NCBI RefSeq assembly: GCF_004010195.1
Contig: NC_057719.1
Span: 11,848,002-11,912,001, forward strand
Length of the DNA stretch: 64,000 nt
Reading direction: 5' to 3'
From: Chiloscyllium plagiosum
Taxonomy: Eukaryota
Shown one piece after another: positions 25,103 to 37,409 of the stretch (position 1 is the stretch's first letter; each line of letters begins with the position of its first letter). The translations under genes and the position numbers were made by a program. The notes beneath the pieces are model-generated. The model was not told the origin of the DNA and did not search any database. It saw nothing but the letters and a program-made list of their open reading frames with translations.

Positions 25103-26044
25103 TGTGGATCAGTTGGTAATGTATTTGTATAGGAATCACCAGATCAGGTATCCCATGTAATTCCTACTCCAAATACTTGTGTTCCCAAATCTGGGCTGAT
25201 ACTCTAGTGCAGTACTGAGGGGGTACCACACTGTCAGAGGTGCCAGCTTTTGGATCAAATGCGAAACCAAGCCCTTAGTGCTCTGCCAGATGTGCATAAA
25301 AGATCCCATGACATCATTTCCAGGAAGAATTGCCTACAGTTCTGGTCACAACACTACCAGAAGGATATGGAGGCTTTGGACAGAGTACAGAAAAGGTATG
25401 TTGCCTTGCTTGGAGGATACTAGCTATGAGGGGAGATTGAACAAACCTAATTTGTTTTAATTTGAATGTTGGAGGCTGAGGGGTGACCTGACAGAAGTTT
25501 ACAAAATTATAAGTGGCATGGATAGAAATGTCAATTACTAGGGACATAGGTTTAAGGTAAAAGGAGGAAAGTTTAAAGGAGATGTGGGAGGTTGTTTTTC
25601 TTTTACACAGACAGTGGTAAGTTCCTGGAATGTACTACCAGATGAGGTGGTAGAAGCAGATACAATTGCACCATTTCAGAGGAATTTTACAGATATATGA
25701 ATAGACAGGGAATAGAGAGATATGGACCAAAAGGTTTTCAGTTTAGAAAGGTGTGTCAGCACAGGTTTGGTGGGTGAAAGGCCTGTCCCTTTACCGGACT
25801 GTTCTTTGTTAAGAATCGATGAGTCATCCCTACTTTCCTGGTCATTATTTATCCCCCAATCAATTTTACAAAAGTATTGTCTATCAAGTCACTATCATCT
25901 TCCTGTTTGTGGGAACATGGTCTGCACAAATTGACCGTGCATTTCCTACATTTACATGTGTGACCACGCTTCAGAATGACTTCACTGGTTGCAAAGTGCT
26001 TCAAGGCATCCTGGGAAAGGCACTGTATAAATGCAAATTTCTTT
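25103..26044 (+). mobile_element. Deu-domain (SacSINE1/AmnSINE1-like) SINE split by a CR1 3' fragment (25331-25810)
   Basis: tgtggatcagttggta head, gtgcagtactgaggg...aaaagatcccatg and an L2-like tail ctgtataaatgcaa-tttcttt. The CR1 insert is flanked by AAGAAT (25325-25330 and 25811-25816). Confidence 0.7.
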
Positions 26045-26138
26045 GAACTGGTTCATCCTAGCTGTCAGGGCAAATCTTTCTTAGCCTCTCAAAGAAGCCA
26101 TTCTTCCTTTTGAAAAACTCTGAAAAGAACAGTCTCAT

Positions 26139-26401
26139 GGGTGGTACAATTGCTCAGTGGTTAGCACTGCTGCCTCACAGTGCCAGGGACCCATGTACAA
26201 TTCTAACCTCAGGCTGTGTGAAGTTTGCACGTGTCCCTCGTGTCTGCGTGGTTGTCTGCTCCAGTTTTCTCCCACAGTCTAAGGATGTGCAGGTGGTTTA
26301 GCCATGATAGATGCGGAGTTTATAGGGTTGGGATGCTCCTTGGACAGTTGGTGCAGACCTGATGGGCCAAATAGCCTTTACCTGCACCGTAGAGATTCTA
26401 T
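26139..26401 (+). mobile_element. HE1-like V-SINE (decayed)
   Basis: gctcagtggttagcactgctgcctcacagtgccagggacc head and V-domain. Confidence 0.8.
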
Positions 26402-27240
26402 CTTACCACCTATGTGGTTCTCTGTCTTCCCTGTATATTTAAGCATACAATCGTAATTCAGCTCTACTCCAGCAGAGTAGATACTTATCCCATATTAAAC
26501 ATTCCTGAAGGTGATGCAATTTGGATTATGTAAAAGTTTCTACTTTGCAGTGAAAATGAAAAGAGAGCAGATGAACAGATCATTATCTACCATTGTAACA
26601 CCATAATAACCAAAGCAATGTGAATAAATGCTTCCTACTTTCTACTAATATTCTCTCCAGATGCACAATAACCTATATTAATCCACCTACCTTTGATACA
26701 AAGTGTTGTGTGTGGGTATGTTTGATTTCGAAGTGGTTTAGCATTGATGTAGTAGACACCTTTCTGATCTAACTAGAAGAATCTTGCTGAGTAAACAATA
26801 GGAAGTTTATTGCAACTATTTACAGATTAATGAAATAACCTATATTACTACAGAGGCTGTTACAGCACACTAGCCTTCAGATCTGACTCCTTTACTTTGA
26901 CCCAGTCTCTTTGACATCAGATTATGACTACACTCCAAGAGGTATTAACCCCTTCAATCTCATGTGCAACATAGTGATTTCTGTCCCCATCAGGAAAGGA
27001 TTCCCTTGAGGTTGTAGACAGTCAGCATCCAGCACATCAGCTAGTGGTACATTCCATAAGCTGTCCATCCCCTGGAGCAAAAACCTAGATTTTAGGTAGC
27101 TCTCACTCAGAAGCCATATTTCAAGCATCCCAGAGTGTGTCACTGGTTTGTCAGGAGGTCCTAGCCTCACCTAGGTCAGTGCTAATTCCTGCCTCAGTTA
27201 CTGACAGTAATTGTGATGTTCCATTGGGAACATCTTCTGA

Positions 27241-27468
27241 CTAGGTGAGAAGTGAGGACTGCAGATGCTGGAGATCAGAGTCAAGATTAGAGTGGTGCTG
27301 GAAAAGCACAGCAGGTCAGGCAGCATCCGAGGAGCGGGAAATTAGACGTTTTGGGCAGGAGCCCTTCATCAGGAATTCCTGATGAAGGGCTTTTGCCCGA
27401 AACGTCGATTTTCCTGTTCCTCGGATGCTGCCTGACCTGCAGTGCTTTTCCAGTACCACTCTAATCTT
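27241..27468. mobile_element. Fold-back Penelope-like mini-element (family A) with hammerhead cores on both strands
   Basis: About 95-bp inverted arms centred on catcaggaattcctgatg. TSD AACATCTTCTGA (27229-27240) and AACATCGTCTGA (27469-27480). Confidence 0.88.
27371..27415 (+). ncRNA. Minimal hammerhead-ribozyme motif (family A)
   Basis: CTGATGA(27379-85)-A-GGGC-TTTT-GCCC-GAAA-CG-TC, with palindromic ACGT stem III. Stem I (aggaattc/gattttcct) is imperfect. Confidence 0.68.
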
Positions 27469-27585
27469 AACATCGTCTGAATGTCCGACGATCTAAATTA
27501 CTTCAACGTGTGGGGGATTACAGGACAATTCCACTACAGTCTAATCCAACAGCGATAAAATGGTAGCAGAATGGGAGAGTCAAAA

Positions 27586-28505
27586 GTGTGGAAATGGAGA
27601 TGGAGAGGTTCAGGAATGGGAGGTAAGTGTCCGAGGTGGTCCAGGTGAATTTGAGGTCAGGGTGAAAGGTGTTGGTGAAGTTGATGAACTGTTCAACCTC
27701 CTTGTGGGAGCATGAAGTAGCTCTGATACAGTCATCGATGTAGCAGAGGAACAGGTGGAGGGTGGTGCCAGTGTAACTGTGGAAGATGGACTGTTCCACG
27801 TACCCGACAAAGAGGCAGGCATAGCTGGGACCCATGAGGGTACTCATGGCTACATTTTTGATTTGGAGGATGTGGGAGAATTGGAAGAAGTAGTTACGGG
27901 TGAGGACCAATTCAACCAGGCAGAAGAGGGTGTTGGTGGAAGGATACTGGTTGGAATGGCATGGGAGGAAGAAACTGAGGGCTTGAAGGCCTTCATCGTG
28001 GTGGACAGATGTGTACAGGGATTGGATGTCCATGGTGAAGATGAGGCATTGCGGAGCCAGGGAAACGAAAATCTTGGAGGAGGTGAACGGCGTGGGTGGT
28101 GTCCCAACAGTAGAAGAGGAGTTCCTGGACTAAGGGGGACAGGATGGTGTCAAGGTAGGCAGGGATGAATTCAGTGGGACAGGCGCAGGCTGAGACAATG
28201 GGTCAATCGGGGAAGTCAGGTTTGTGAATCTTTGGTTGGAGATAGAATCGGGTGGGGCGGGGTTCACTGACAATGAGGTTGGAGGTTGTGGATGGGAGAT
28301 GCCCAGAGGTGATGAGGTTGTGGATGGGCTAGGAGATGATGGTTGGTGATGGGAGGTGAGGTTGTGGTCAAAGGAACAGTAGGGGGAGGTGTCTGCGAGT
28401 TGGCGCCTGGCTTCTGCAGTGTAGAGGCCAGTGCGCCAAACTACTACTGCACCCCCCTTGGCTGCAGGTTTGATGGTGAGGTTGGGCTTGGAGCGGAGGG
28501 CACTC
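27586..28505 (-). mobile_element. Penelope-like element RT fragment
   Basis: IKPA-KGGAVVVW, TMDIQSLYTS, MGPSYACLFVGYVE, YIDDC and FHPDLKFTW are PLE RT motifs. Confidence 0.88.
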
Positions 28506-28800
28506 CCTCAATGTCATCTACTGTATCCATTGCACCCGATGTGGTCTCCTCTACATTGGGAAGACAGGATGCCTACTTGCAGATCATTTCAGAGAACATC
28601 TCTGGGACACCCACACCAACAAATACCACTGCCCTGTGGCTGAACACTTCAACTCCCCCTTCCACTCTGTCAAGGACATGCAGGTCCTGGGCCTCCTCCA
28701 CCGCCAAACCATTACCACCTGAAACCTGTAGGAAGAATGCCTCATATTCCGCCTTGGGATCCTGCAATCACACAGGATCAATGTGGATATCAACAGTTTT
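28506..28800 (+). mobile_element. Penelope-like GIY-YIG endonuclease fragment, inverted relative to the adjacent RT
   Basis: NVIYCIHCTRCGLLYIGKT...FREHL...VAEHFNSPFH...LIFRLG-LQ-HRINVD. Confidence 0.82.
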
Positions 28801-29539
28801 GGCATTTCCCCTCATTGAAGAGGGGAGCGGGACTAGGAGTTGAAGACAGAGAGAGACTTATTTAGGAGGCCACACAGAGGGATGGCATCTCTAAGAGACA
28901 GAGACAGGAGAAGTCATTCTAAAGTAACACATACTTCCAGATGAGTGTTATGGCTCCCCGGTGTTCAGTCTTTTAGCAGGCCCCAAATACACACATGCCT
29001 TTCTCACAGCTGCCATGGGCCTGCGGGTTAATTGCTGCTCACTTCAAAAGACTTGCAGTGGACATTTCAACAAATTCTTCAAACTGGTGATTGAGAAGCT
29101 GTCAGTAAAACCCAGCTGTGAGTGTTTACAGAGCATTCAGCAATTACTGAAATCAGTAGCTGGTCCTGCTTCATGGAGCTTATTTATTAAAGATTGTTAA
29201 TCATTCACTTCCTGGCCTTATGACTAACCCAGATGTGGAGAAATGCCAGAAGCATTACACACACACAACCTTGGTGACACACTTTTACATCACAAATCTA
29301 ATTGACAAAGTATCGACTACACAGGAAGTTTATCGAATGTACTTCTTCCAGGCAAAATCTGCAATGGCAATTCTTAGAGTAAGCCATGTTTTATAAAGAT
29401 TGATTTATGACACCACGGAAATCACCACTGAAGTTTTCTGATGCCAAGGTGGTGCTGTGGTTGTTTGTGGTGTAATCTCAGTGGATGCCTCTAAATCAGA
29501 GGGTTGTGTCATCCAGTCTCACTCAAGAGCTATCTTTTA

Positions 29540-30760
29540 TTCATTCATGGCTGGCTAGCATTTATTGCCTGTCCCTGAAAAAAGCTGCTTTTTTGAACTG
29601 TTGGAGTCTATTTGTATAGGTACACACGAAATGCCTTTAGAGAAGCAGTTCCAGGAATTTGATCCATTGACACCAAAGGAACAGTGATATATTTCCATAT
29701 CAGAAGGTAAGTGGCTTGGAGGGGAACTTGCAGGTGGTGGTGTTCCCATGTATCTGCTGGCCTTGGCCTTCTAGATGCAAGTTATCATGAGTTTGGAAGA
29801 TGCTATCTAACAAGCCTTGGAGAATTTCTGCACTGCATCTTATAGAAGATACACAATGCTGCTACTAAACATTGGTGGTGGAGTAAATGTTTGTAAGTGT
29901 GGTGTCAATCTAGTAGGCTACATTGTCCCTGATGGTGTCAAGCTTCTTGAGAGTTGTTGGTGCTGCACTCGTCCAGGCAAGTGTGGAATATTCTATCGTA
30001 CTTCTGACTTTGTTTTGTAGATGGTTGATGAGCTTTGGGAGTCATAAGGTGAGTTATTCTCTGCAGAATTTCTAGCTTCTGACCTACTCTTCTAGCTGCA
30101 TAATCTATACAGCCAGTCCAGTTCGGTTTCTGGTTACCTTTAGGATGTTGATAGTGGGGAATGCAGTGATGGTAATGCCCTTAAATGTCAAGGTGCAATG
30201 GTTACGTTCTCTTGTTGAGGATGGTCATTGCCTGACACCTGTAGTGCGAGTGTTACTTGCTATTTGTCTTGGGTAGGTGATGTCCTAGTGGTACTATCGC
30301 TAGACTATTAATCCAAACAGCCAGGTAATGATGTGGGGACCTGGTTTGAATTCCACCATGGCAGTGATGCAATGGAGCTCAGACGACAACCCACAAGAAG
30401 CACAATCATTTTTCTTTATGCTAGGCTGACTCCAACCAGCAGAGGTTATTTCTTCTGATTTGCTTGTATTCCTTGATGCTACACTAAGTTAAATTCTGCA
30501 CTTATTTCGAGGACTCTTAGTCTCACCTCACCTCTGAAATTCAGCAGTCTTGTCTATGTTTGAAGTAAGCTGTAATGAGATCAGGAGCTGAGTGGTTCTG
30601 GCAGAACCCAAACTGAGCATCAATGAATAGGTTATTCCTATATCTGATAGCACTGTTGGTGATACCTTCTGTCACTTTACTGATCAAGAATAGACTGATG
30701 GGGCAATAATTGGCTAGGTTGGAGTTTTCCTGCATTTCGTGCACATTAATGTCTTCACAC
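29540..30760 (-). mobile_element. Second-family LINE remnant containing a SINE head (about 30272-30365)
   Basis: RT motifs in ORF 30541-30915, a gcatttattgcc tail at 29558, and homology to 4670-5800. Confidence 0.72.
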
Positions 30761-32074
30761 CATTTGCAAAAATTCAAATTATTGTTCTTCAGAAAACTAG
30801 TCACTATTTGTAATTGGCTAAGATTGTCACAGGAAGTGTCAATACTACTCCTGAATTCTAAAACACATGTACCCATTAAGCTATGATTACATTTATGAAT
30901 GTAAACTTTCAGCACAATAGTTCAGAATTCCATGTGCATGGTCAATAGTTCTGGAATTTAAGCGTAATCTCAAGTGGAGCTCTACATCATAGACACTACC
31001 CAACCAGCAATTATATATCAACATGTCATGACTTAGCATTAGTCACAATCTGCCTAAAGGAGGTACATTTAGGATTAATATTAGGATTAGGGTGATGATC
31101 TTCTCCATTGGTAATTCTGATATCTCGTGGACAGATTTCTTTTGTTTCATAACAGATGTACTGGCCAGGAATTTCCATAGTAGAAGTCATCTCAATATAA
31201 GTGTGTAAATGTTTTGTCCCATCAAAAGAATAAAATTGTTAAATGGTTGTTTTTGACTGGCGTAGACTCGTTAGGCCAAAAGGCCTTTTTCTGTGCTGTA
31301 GACTTCTATGGTTCAATGACTCTATGACAAAACACAGCAGAAATTGTTCAAGGAACACCATTAACTTGTTGAAGGCAACTGCAAATGGGCAATAAATGCT
31401 GGCCCAACTGGCAAAGCCCACATCCCATGAATAAACATTTAAATATGAATGTTTGCATTACTGAATATGAAAGAAGATCAGAATCCTTCACTTCTGAATT
31501 AGTGGAACTAAAGTCTCATAATCTCAGCTGTCTGTTGGGGAAAGAAAAAATAAAGAACTTCACTATTAGCTCAGCAAAAATTCAAATTTGAGAATGCCAT
31601 CTCCGAGATGATGAAGTCTTTAGTGGATATCCCTGCTTAGCTTACAAAGATGAGTGATGACCTGAAACAGAAGAAAAGGAAGCAGGATAAACTACCAGCC
31701 CTGTATCATCAATCCAGTGAAAAGTTTATTAGTTTATAGAAAGATCTGTAGCAACTCACAAATCAGATCAGGCTCAGCAGGTGCAATTACAGAAACATTG
31801 CCTTAAATTCAAAAAATGCTGAGGAAAATGTCAGACTTCTAAAAGTAGATGGAGATGCACAGCACATTCAACAGGCTAAAAAAACTTCTAAGATAGTCCA
31901 TTCATAAATAAATGCCAACAATTATGTTCTAGTGAAATAACTCAAGCAGGACTTCCAGCAAACTAAACAACTATTGAAGCAGCAAATGGAAGAGGCCAGG
32001 GCTTCAAAGAACAAAGACAAAATGAGGAGAGACTGGGCAGTTATTCATGAAGGTTGTGAAGGGTAAAATATCAC

Positions 32075-32530
32075 AGAAGCACAGAATTATTACAGCGCAC
32101 AATGAGGCCATCTGGTCCATGATAAGCACAGCTCCCTGAGCATTTTGACTTAGTGCAAATCTCCTGCCTTTCGCCCATAATCCTACACAATGTTTCTATT
32201 TAAATAATTATCCCAGTGAATGCTTCAATTGAACCTGCTTCCATTGCACATCAAAGCAGTGCTTTCTAGATCTCCAATATGCTGTGGAAAGTTTGTTTCT
32301 TTCCCATTTCATTTGCTTCTATTACAAAACAATTTAATTATATTATTTCAGGTTCTTGACTCTCTCATGAGCAGGAACAATTTCTCCCTATGTACTTTGG
32401 CCAGACCCCACATAATTTGAAACTTCTATCAGATCTCCTCTTAGCTTTTTCTCCAAGAAAAACAGCCTGACCTCTTTAATCTATCTTCATAAATGAAGTA
32501 TCTCATCCCTGGAACCACTCTCATAAATAT
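32075..32530 (-). mobile_element. Old CR1 3' end
   Basis: cagaagcacagaa tail, ctcctgcctttcgcccata, cccacataattttgaa-cttctatcagatctcctcttagc. Confidence 0.65.
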
Positions 32531-32640
32531 AACGGACCAGCAGGAGGCTATAACTGTGATAGAATTAGGAAATTCAAGGGTGTAAAACCAAAAGCTTCAA
32601 AATGAGATGGAAGCTCTTAAGAAATTAAACAATCTGTGGA

Positions 32641-34103
32641 TTACTGTGGAAAAGTATACAGACTGTAGGGAAATAGATGGTGACATCTTGCAAAATGTCC
32701 AGATTACAGAGGAGGAAGTGCTGGATGTCTTGAAAAGGTTAAAAGTGGATAAATCCCCAGGACCTGATCAGGTGTACCCAAGAACTCTGTGGGAAGCTAG
32801 AGAAGTGATTGGTAGGCTTCTTGCTGAGATATTTGAATCATCGATAGTCACAAGTGAGGTGCCGGAAGACTGGAGGTTGGCAAACATGGTGCCACTGTTT
32901 AGGAAGGGCAGTAAAGACAAGCCAACAATCTATAGACTAGTGAGCCTGACCTCGATGGTGGGCAAGTTGTTGGAGGGAATCCTGAGGGACAGGATGTACA
33001 TGTATTTGGAAAGGCAAGGACTGATGAGGGATAGTCAACATGGCTTTGTGCATGGGAAATCATGTCTCACAAACTTGTTTTTTGAAGAAGTAACAAAGAA
33101 GATTGATGAGGGCAGAGCAGTAGATGTGATCTATATGGACTTCAGGAAGGCATTCGACAAGGTTCCCCATGGGAGACTGATTAGCAAGGTTAGATCTCAT
33201 GGAATATAGGGAGAACTAGCCTTTTGGATCCAGAACTGGCTCAAAGGTAGAAGACAGAGGGTGGTGGTGGAGGGTTGTTTTTCAGACTGGAGGCCTGTGA
33301 CCAGTGGTGTGCCACAAGGATCGGTGCTGGGCTCTCTACTTTTTGTCATTTACATAAATGATTTGGATGCNNNNNNNNNNNNNNNNNNNNNNNNNNNNNN
33401 NNNNNNNNNNNNNNNNNNNNNNNNNNNNNNNNNNNNNNNNNNNNNCGCAGGTAGATAGGATAGTGAAGAAGGGGTTTGATATGCTTTCCTTTATTGGTCA
33501 GAGTATTGAGTACAGGAGTTGGGGGGTCATGTTGCGGCTGTACAGGACATTGCTTAGGCCACTGTTGGTATCCTTCCTATTGGAAAGATGTTGTGAAACT
33601 TGAAAGGGTTCAGAAAAGATTTACAAGGATGTTGCCAGGGTTGGAGGATCTGAGCTACAGGGAGATGCTGAACAGGCTGGGGCTCTTTTCCCTGGAGCTT
33701 CGGGGGCTGAAGGGTGACCTTATAGAGGTTTACAAAATTATGAGGGGCATGGATAGGATAAATAGACAAAGTCTTTTCCCTGGGGTCGGGGAGTCCAGAA
33801 CTAGAAATCCCTACATGTTGTAGCATAGGTTTAGGGTGAGAGGGGAAAGATATAAAAGAGACCTAAGGGGCAACCTTTTCATGCAGAGGATGGTACGTAA
33901 ATGGAATGAGCTGCAGAGGATGTGGTGGAGACTGGTACAATAGCAACATTTAAGAGGCATTTGGATGGATATGAATAGGAAGGGTTTGGAGGGATATGGG
34001 CCGGCTGCTGGCAGGTGGGACTATATTGAGTTGGGATATCTGGTCGGCATGGACGGGTTGGACCGAAGGGTCTGTTTCCATGCTGTCCATCTCTATGACT
34101 CTA
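32641..34103 (+). mobile_element. CR1 LINE ORF2 (RT) + 3'UTR, spanning an assembly gap
   Basis: [50 protein letters not shown] and a ctctatgactcta tail. Confidence 0.92.
33371..33445. other. Assembly gap (75 N)
   Basis: Run of N. Confidence 0.99.
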
Positions 34104-34699
34104 ATCAGTGTGAGGATGATTTGAACAGTTTAAGTTATAAAGTTCCCAGACTTAAGTAAGGCTTTAATAAGGTATAAAAACAGAAGTTGCTGGGAAAGCT
34201 CAGCAAGTGTGGTAGTGTCTCTGAAGAGAAATCAGAGTTAACATTTCTGGTCCGGTGACCCTTCTTCTGAACAGCCACTGGAAGAACAGTTAGGGTTAAT
34301 TCATTAAAGAAGCAGCTGAAATTTATCCTTTTGTAATTGGGTCAGCCCCATAACTGTTTCCTATTGTAATTGATGTTAGGATCACATAACTTAGTGTGAC
34401 TTATAAGAATGCTCGAGTTGAGTGATTTAAGGGAGTTTGGGAAGGAAGGAAAAGAGGTGCCCATTGCTTTTGCTTTTGTTACTTTTCTCAGTTTCCAGGA
34501 ATTGGATCTTGGTTTCCTACTGGAGCAGAAGCTAGTTATTTGCAAAGTGACTGTGGTTTATTCTGTTCCTAAGGTTCAAAATAGTACAGGGGGAACCTGA
34601 TTTGTGTCCTATTTAGTACTTATGATGCAATCTATTCAAGGGTGTAATTTTAATGTTTGACATACAAACATTCCATGTACTTCCAAATAGCTGCTTTAT

Positions 34700-34788
34700 A
34701 TTGTTCTGTACGGTTCTAACTTACCTACAACTGACTTGTGAATGGACTCAAGAATGGAACTCATTTGCAACCCGTGGACTGTCTGCAT
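34700..34788 (+). mobile_element. Possible Tigger/pogo-like DNA transposon terminus
   Basis: ggaactcatttgcaacccgtggactgtctgca resembles a ...aacccggggactgcctgta TIR end. No partner TIR found. Confidence 0.35.
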
Positions 34789-35232
34789 AGCAACTGGTGG
34801 TGATGTTGATAAAATATATATAAAAAAGGAAGTATACAATTGAATAAGATAATTAATTAGTTAGTTAGATAGTTACAACTTTTGAAGAATAACAGAATGG
34901 TCAAATGTTAATGCTACAACATGTAGGGATTTCTGGATGCCGGATTGATCTAGGGTAACCACGACTCTCTGTTTAAAGTTCAAGCAGCTTTGACTCCGGG
35001 TTCATGAGCTGGAAGATGAAATGCAGACACTGAGATATGTTAGGAAAGGGGAAGACTGCCTGGATTCTTTGTATTAGAAGGCAGTTACAACGGGGCTGCA
35101 GGATTGATAGTTAGCTGACTATGGTACACGAAACCATTCAGATGACAGGGAAGCATAAAAATGTGAATTTGTAGTGTATAAATGTGAAATGGTGCTGTAT
35201 AGTCAGAAGAATTGATATTGCTCTCTGCAGTG

Positions 35233-35457
35233 GGTGGAGGTGGGTACTGTAGATGCTGGAGATTAGACTCAAGATTAGAATGGTGCTGGCAAAGCACAGC
35301 AGGTCAGATAGTATCTAAGGAGCAGGAAAATCGACGTTTTGGGCAAAAGCCCTTTAGTCGGGTTTCTTGATGAAGGGCTTTTGCCCGAAATGTCGATATA
35401 CCTGCTCCTCGGATGCTGCCTGACTTGCTGTGCTTTGCAAGTGCCACTCTAATCTTG
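35233..35457. mobile_element. Fold-back Penelope-like mini-element (family A)
   Basis: Inverted arms tcaagattagaatggtg...ccactctaatcttga. TSD-like ATTGCTCTCTGCAGTG (35217-35232) and ATTGTTTTCTGCAGTG (35458-35473). Confidence 0.82.
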
Positions 35458-35489
35458 ATTGTTTTCTGCAGTGATGAGTAAGTCAAGGT

Positions 35490-37408
35490 AGCTATGTTGT
35501 CTTTAATCTGCAGTTTGAAAGGGAGAGGGTAGAATCGGAAGTGACAATATTTCAGTTGAATAAGGGGAACTATGGAGCTATGAGGGAGGAGCTAGCCAAA
35601 GTTCAATAGTGCAATACCCTAGCAGGGATGGCAGTGGAACAACAATGGCAGGTATTTCTGGGTGTAATGCAGAAGATGCAGGATCAGTTCATTCCAAAAA
35701 GGAAGAAAGATCCTAAGGGGAAGCAGAGGTGGCCGTGGCTGACGAGGGAAGTTAAGGACCATATAAAGACAAAAGGGAAAAACTATAACATAGCAAAGAT
35801 GAGGAAATCGGAGGACTGGGAAGCTTTTAAAGAACAACAGAGGATAACTAAAAAGGAAATATGCAAAGACAAAATAAGGTACAAAGGTAAACTGGCCAAA
35901 AATATAAAGGAGGATAGTAAAGGCTTTTTTAGGTATGTGAAAAGAAACAAAAAGGTTAAGACTAAAATTGGGCCCTTGAAGACAGAAACGGGTGAATTTC
36001 TTATGGGGAACAAAGAAATGGCAGAAGGGTTGAATTGGTACTTTAGATCTGTCTTCACTGGGGAAGACATGAGCAATCTTTCAGATGTAATAGTGGCTGA
36101 AGGACCTGAACTGAAGGGAATTTATATTAGGCAGGAAGTGGTGTTGGAGAGACTGTTAGGTCTGAAGGCTGATAAGTCCCTGGGACCTGATGGTTTGCAT
36201 CCCAGGGTACTGAAGGAGGTGGCTCTAGAAATCGTGGATGCATTGGTGATCATTTTCCAATGTTCTATAGATTCAGGATCAGTTCCTGCGCATTGGTGGG
36301 TGGCTAATGTTGTCCCACTTTTTAAGAAAGGAGGGAGAGAGAAAACAGAGAATTATAGACCAGTTAGTCTGACCTCAGTGGTGGGAAGAATGCTGGAGTT
36401 AATTACAAAGGACGAAATTACAACACATCTGGATAGCAGTAACAGGATAGGTCAGAGTCAGCATGGATTTATGAAGGGGAAATCATGCTTGACTAATCTT
36501 CTGGAATTTTTTGAGGACGTAAGTCTGAAGTTGGACAAGGGAGGTCCAGTGGATGTAGTATACCTGGACTTTCAGAAAGCCTTTGATAAAGTCCCACATA
36601 GGAGGTTAATAAGCAAAGTTAGGGCACATGGTATTAGAGGTAAAATACTGACATGGATTGAAAATTGATTGGCTGACAGGAAACAAAGAGTAATTATAAC
36701 CGGCTCCCTTTCGGAATGGCAGGCAGTGACCAGTGGTGTGCTGCAGGGATCAGTGCTGGGACTGCAGCTTTTTACAATGTACATTAATGATATGGATGAA
36801 GATATTAAAAGTAATATTAGCAAATTTGCTGATGACACAAAGCTGGGTGGCAGGGTGAAATGTGAGGAGGATGTTAGGAGCATACAGGGTGACCTGGACA
36901 GGCTAGGTGAGTGGACGAATGCATGGCAGATGCAGTTTAATGTGGATAAATGTGTGGTTATCCACTTTAGTGGCAAGAACAGGAAGGCAGATTACTACCT
37001 AAATGGAGTCAAGTTAGGTAAAGGGGCAGTACAACGAGATCTAGGTGTTCTTGTACATCAGTCAATGAAAGCAACCATGCAGGTACAGTAGGCAGTGAAG
37101 AAAGCTAATAGCACGCTGGCCTTCATAACAAGAGGAATTGAGTATAGAAGCAAAGAGATCCTTTTGCAGCTGCACAGGGTCCTGGTGAGACCGCACCTGG
37201 AATATTGTGCGCAGTTTTGGTCTCCAAATTTGAGGAAAGACATTCTGGCTATTGAGGGAGTGCAGCGTAGGTTCACAAGGTCAATTCCCAGAATGGCGGG
37301 ACTATCTTACGCTGAACGATTGGCGCGACTGGGCTTGTATACGCTTGAGTTTAGAAGGCTGAGAGGGATCTGATTGAGACGTATAAGATTATTAAAGGAT
37401 TGGACACT
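35490..37408 (+). mobile_element. CR1 LINE ORF2 (linker + RT), relatively young, 3' end lost
   Basis: ORFs 35628-36668, 36669-37091 and 37095-37373 are in one frame separated by single stops. All CR1 RT motifs are present, including SKFADDTKLGG. Confidence 0.93.
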
Positions 37409-37409
37409 C

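Noticed and set aside
26704..26971. TGTTG...CAACA-bounded segment as a solo LTR (similarly 10659-10937 and about 46687-48291)
   Set aside because: Termini are suggestive, but no clean TSD or second copy in the window supports the call.
35628..37373. Long RT ORFs as a host gene or active retroelement
   Set aside because: CR1 ORF2 with internal stops, no endonuclease N-terminus and no 3' end.
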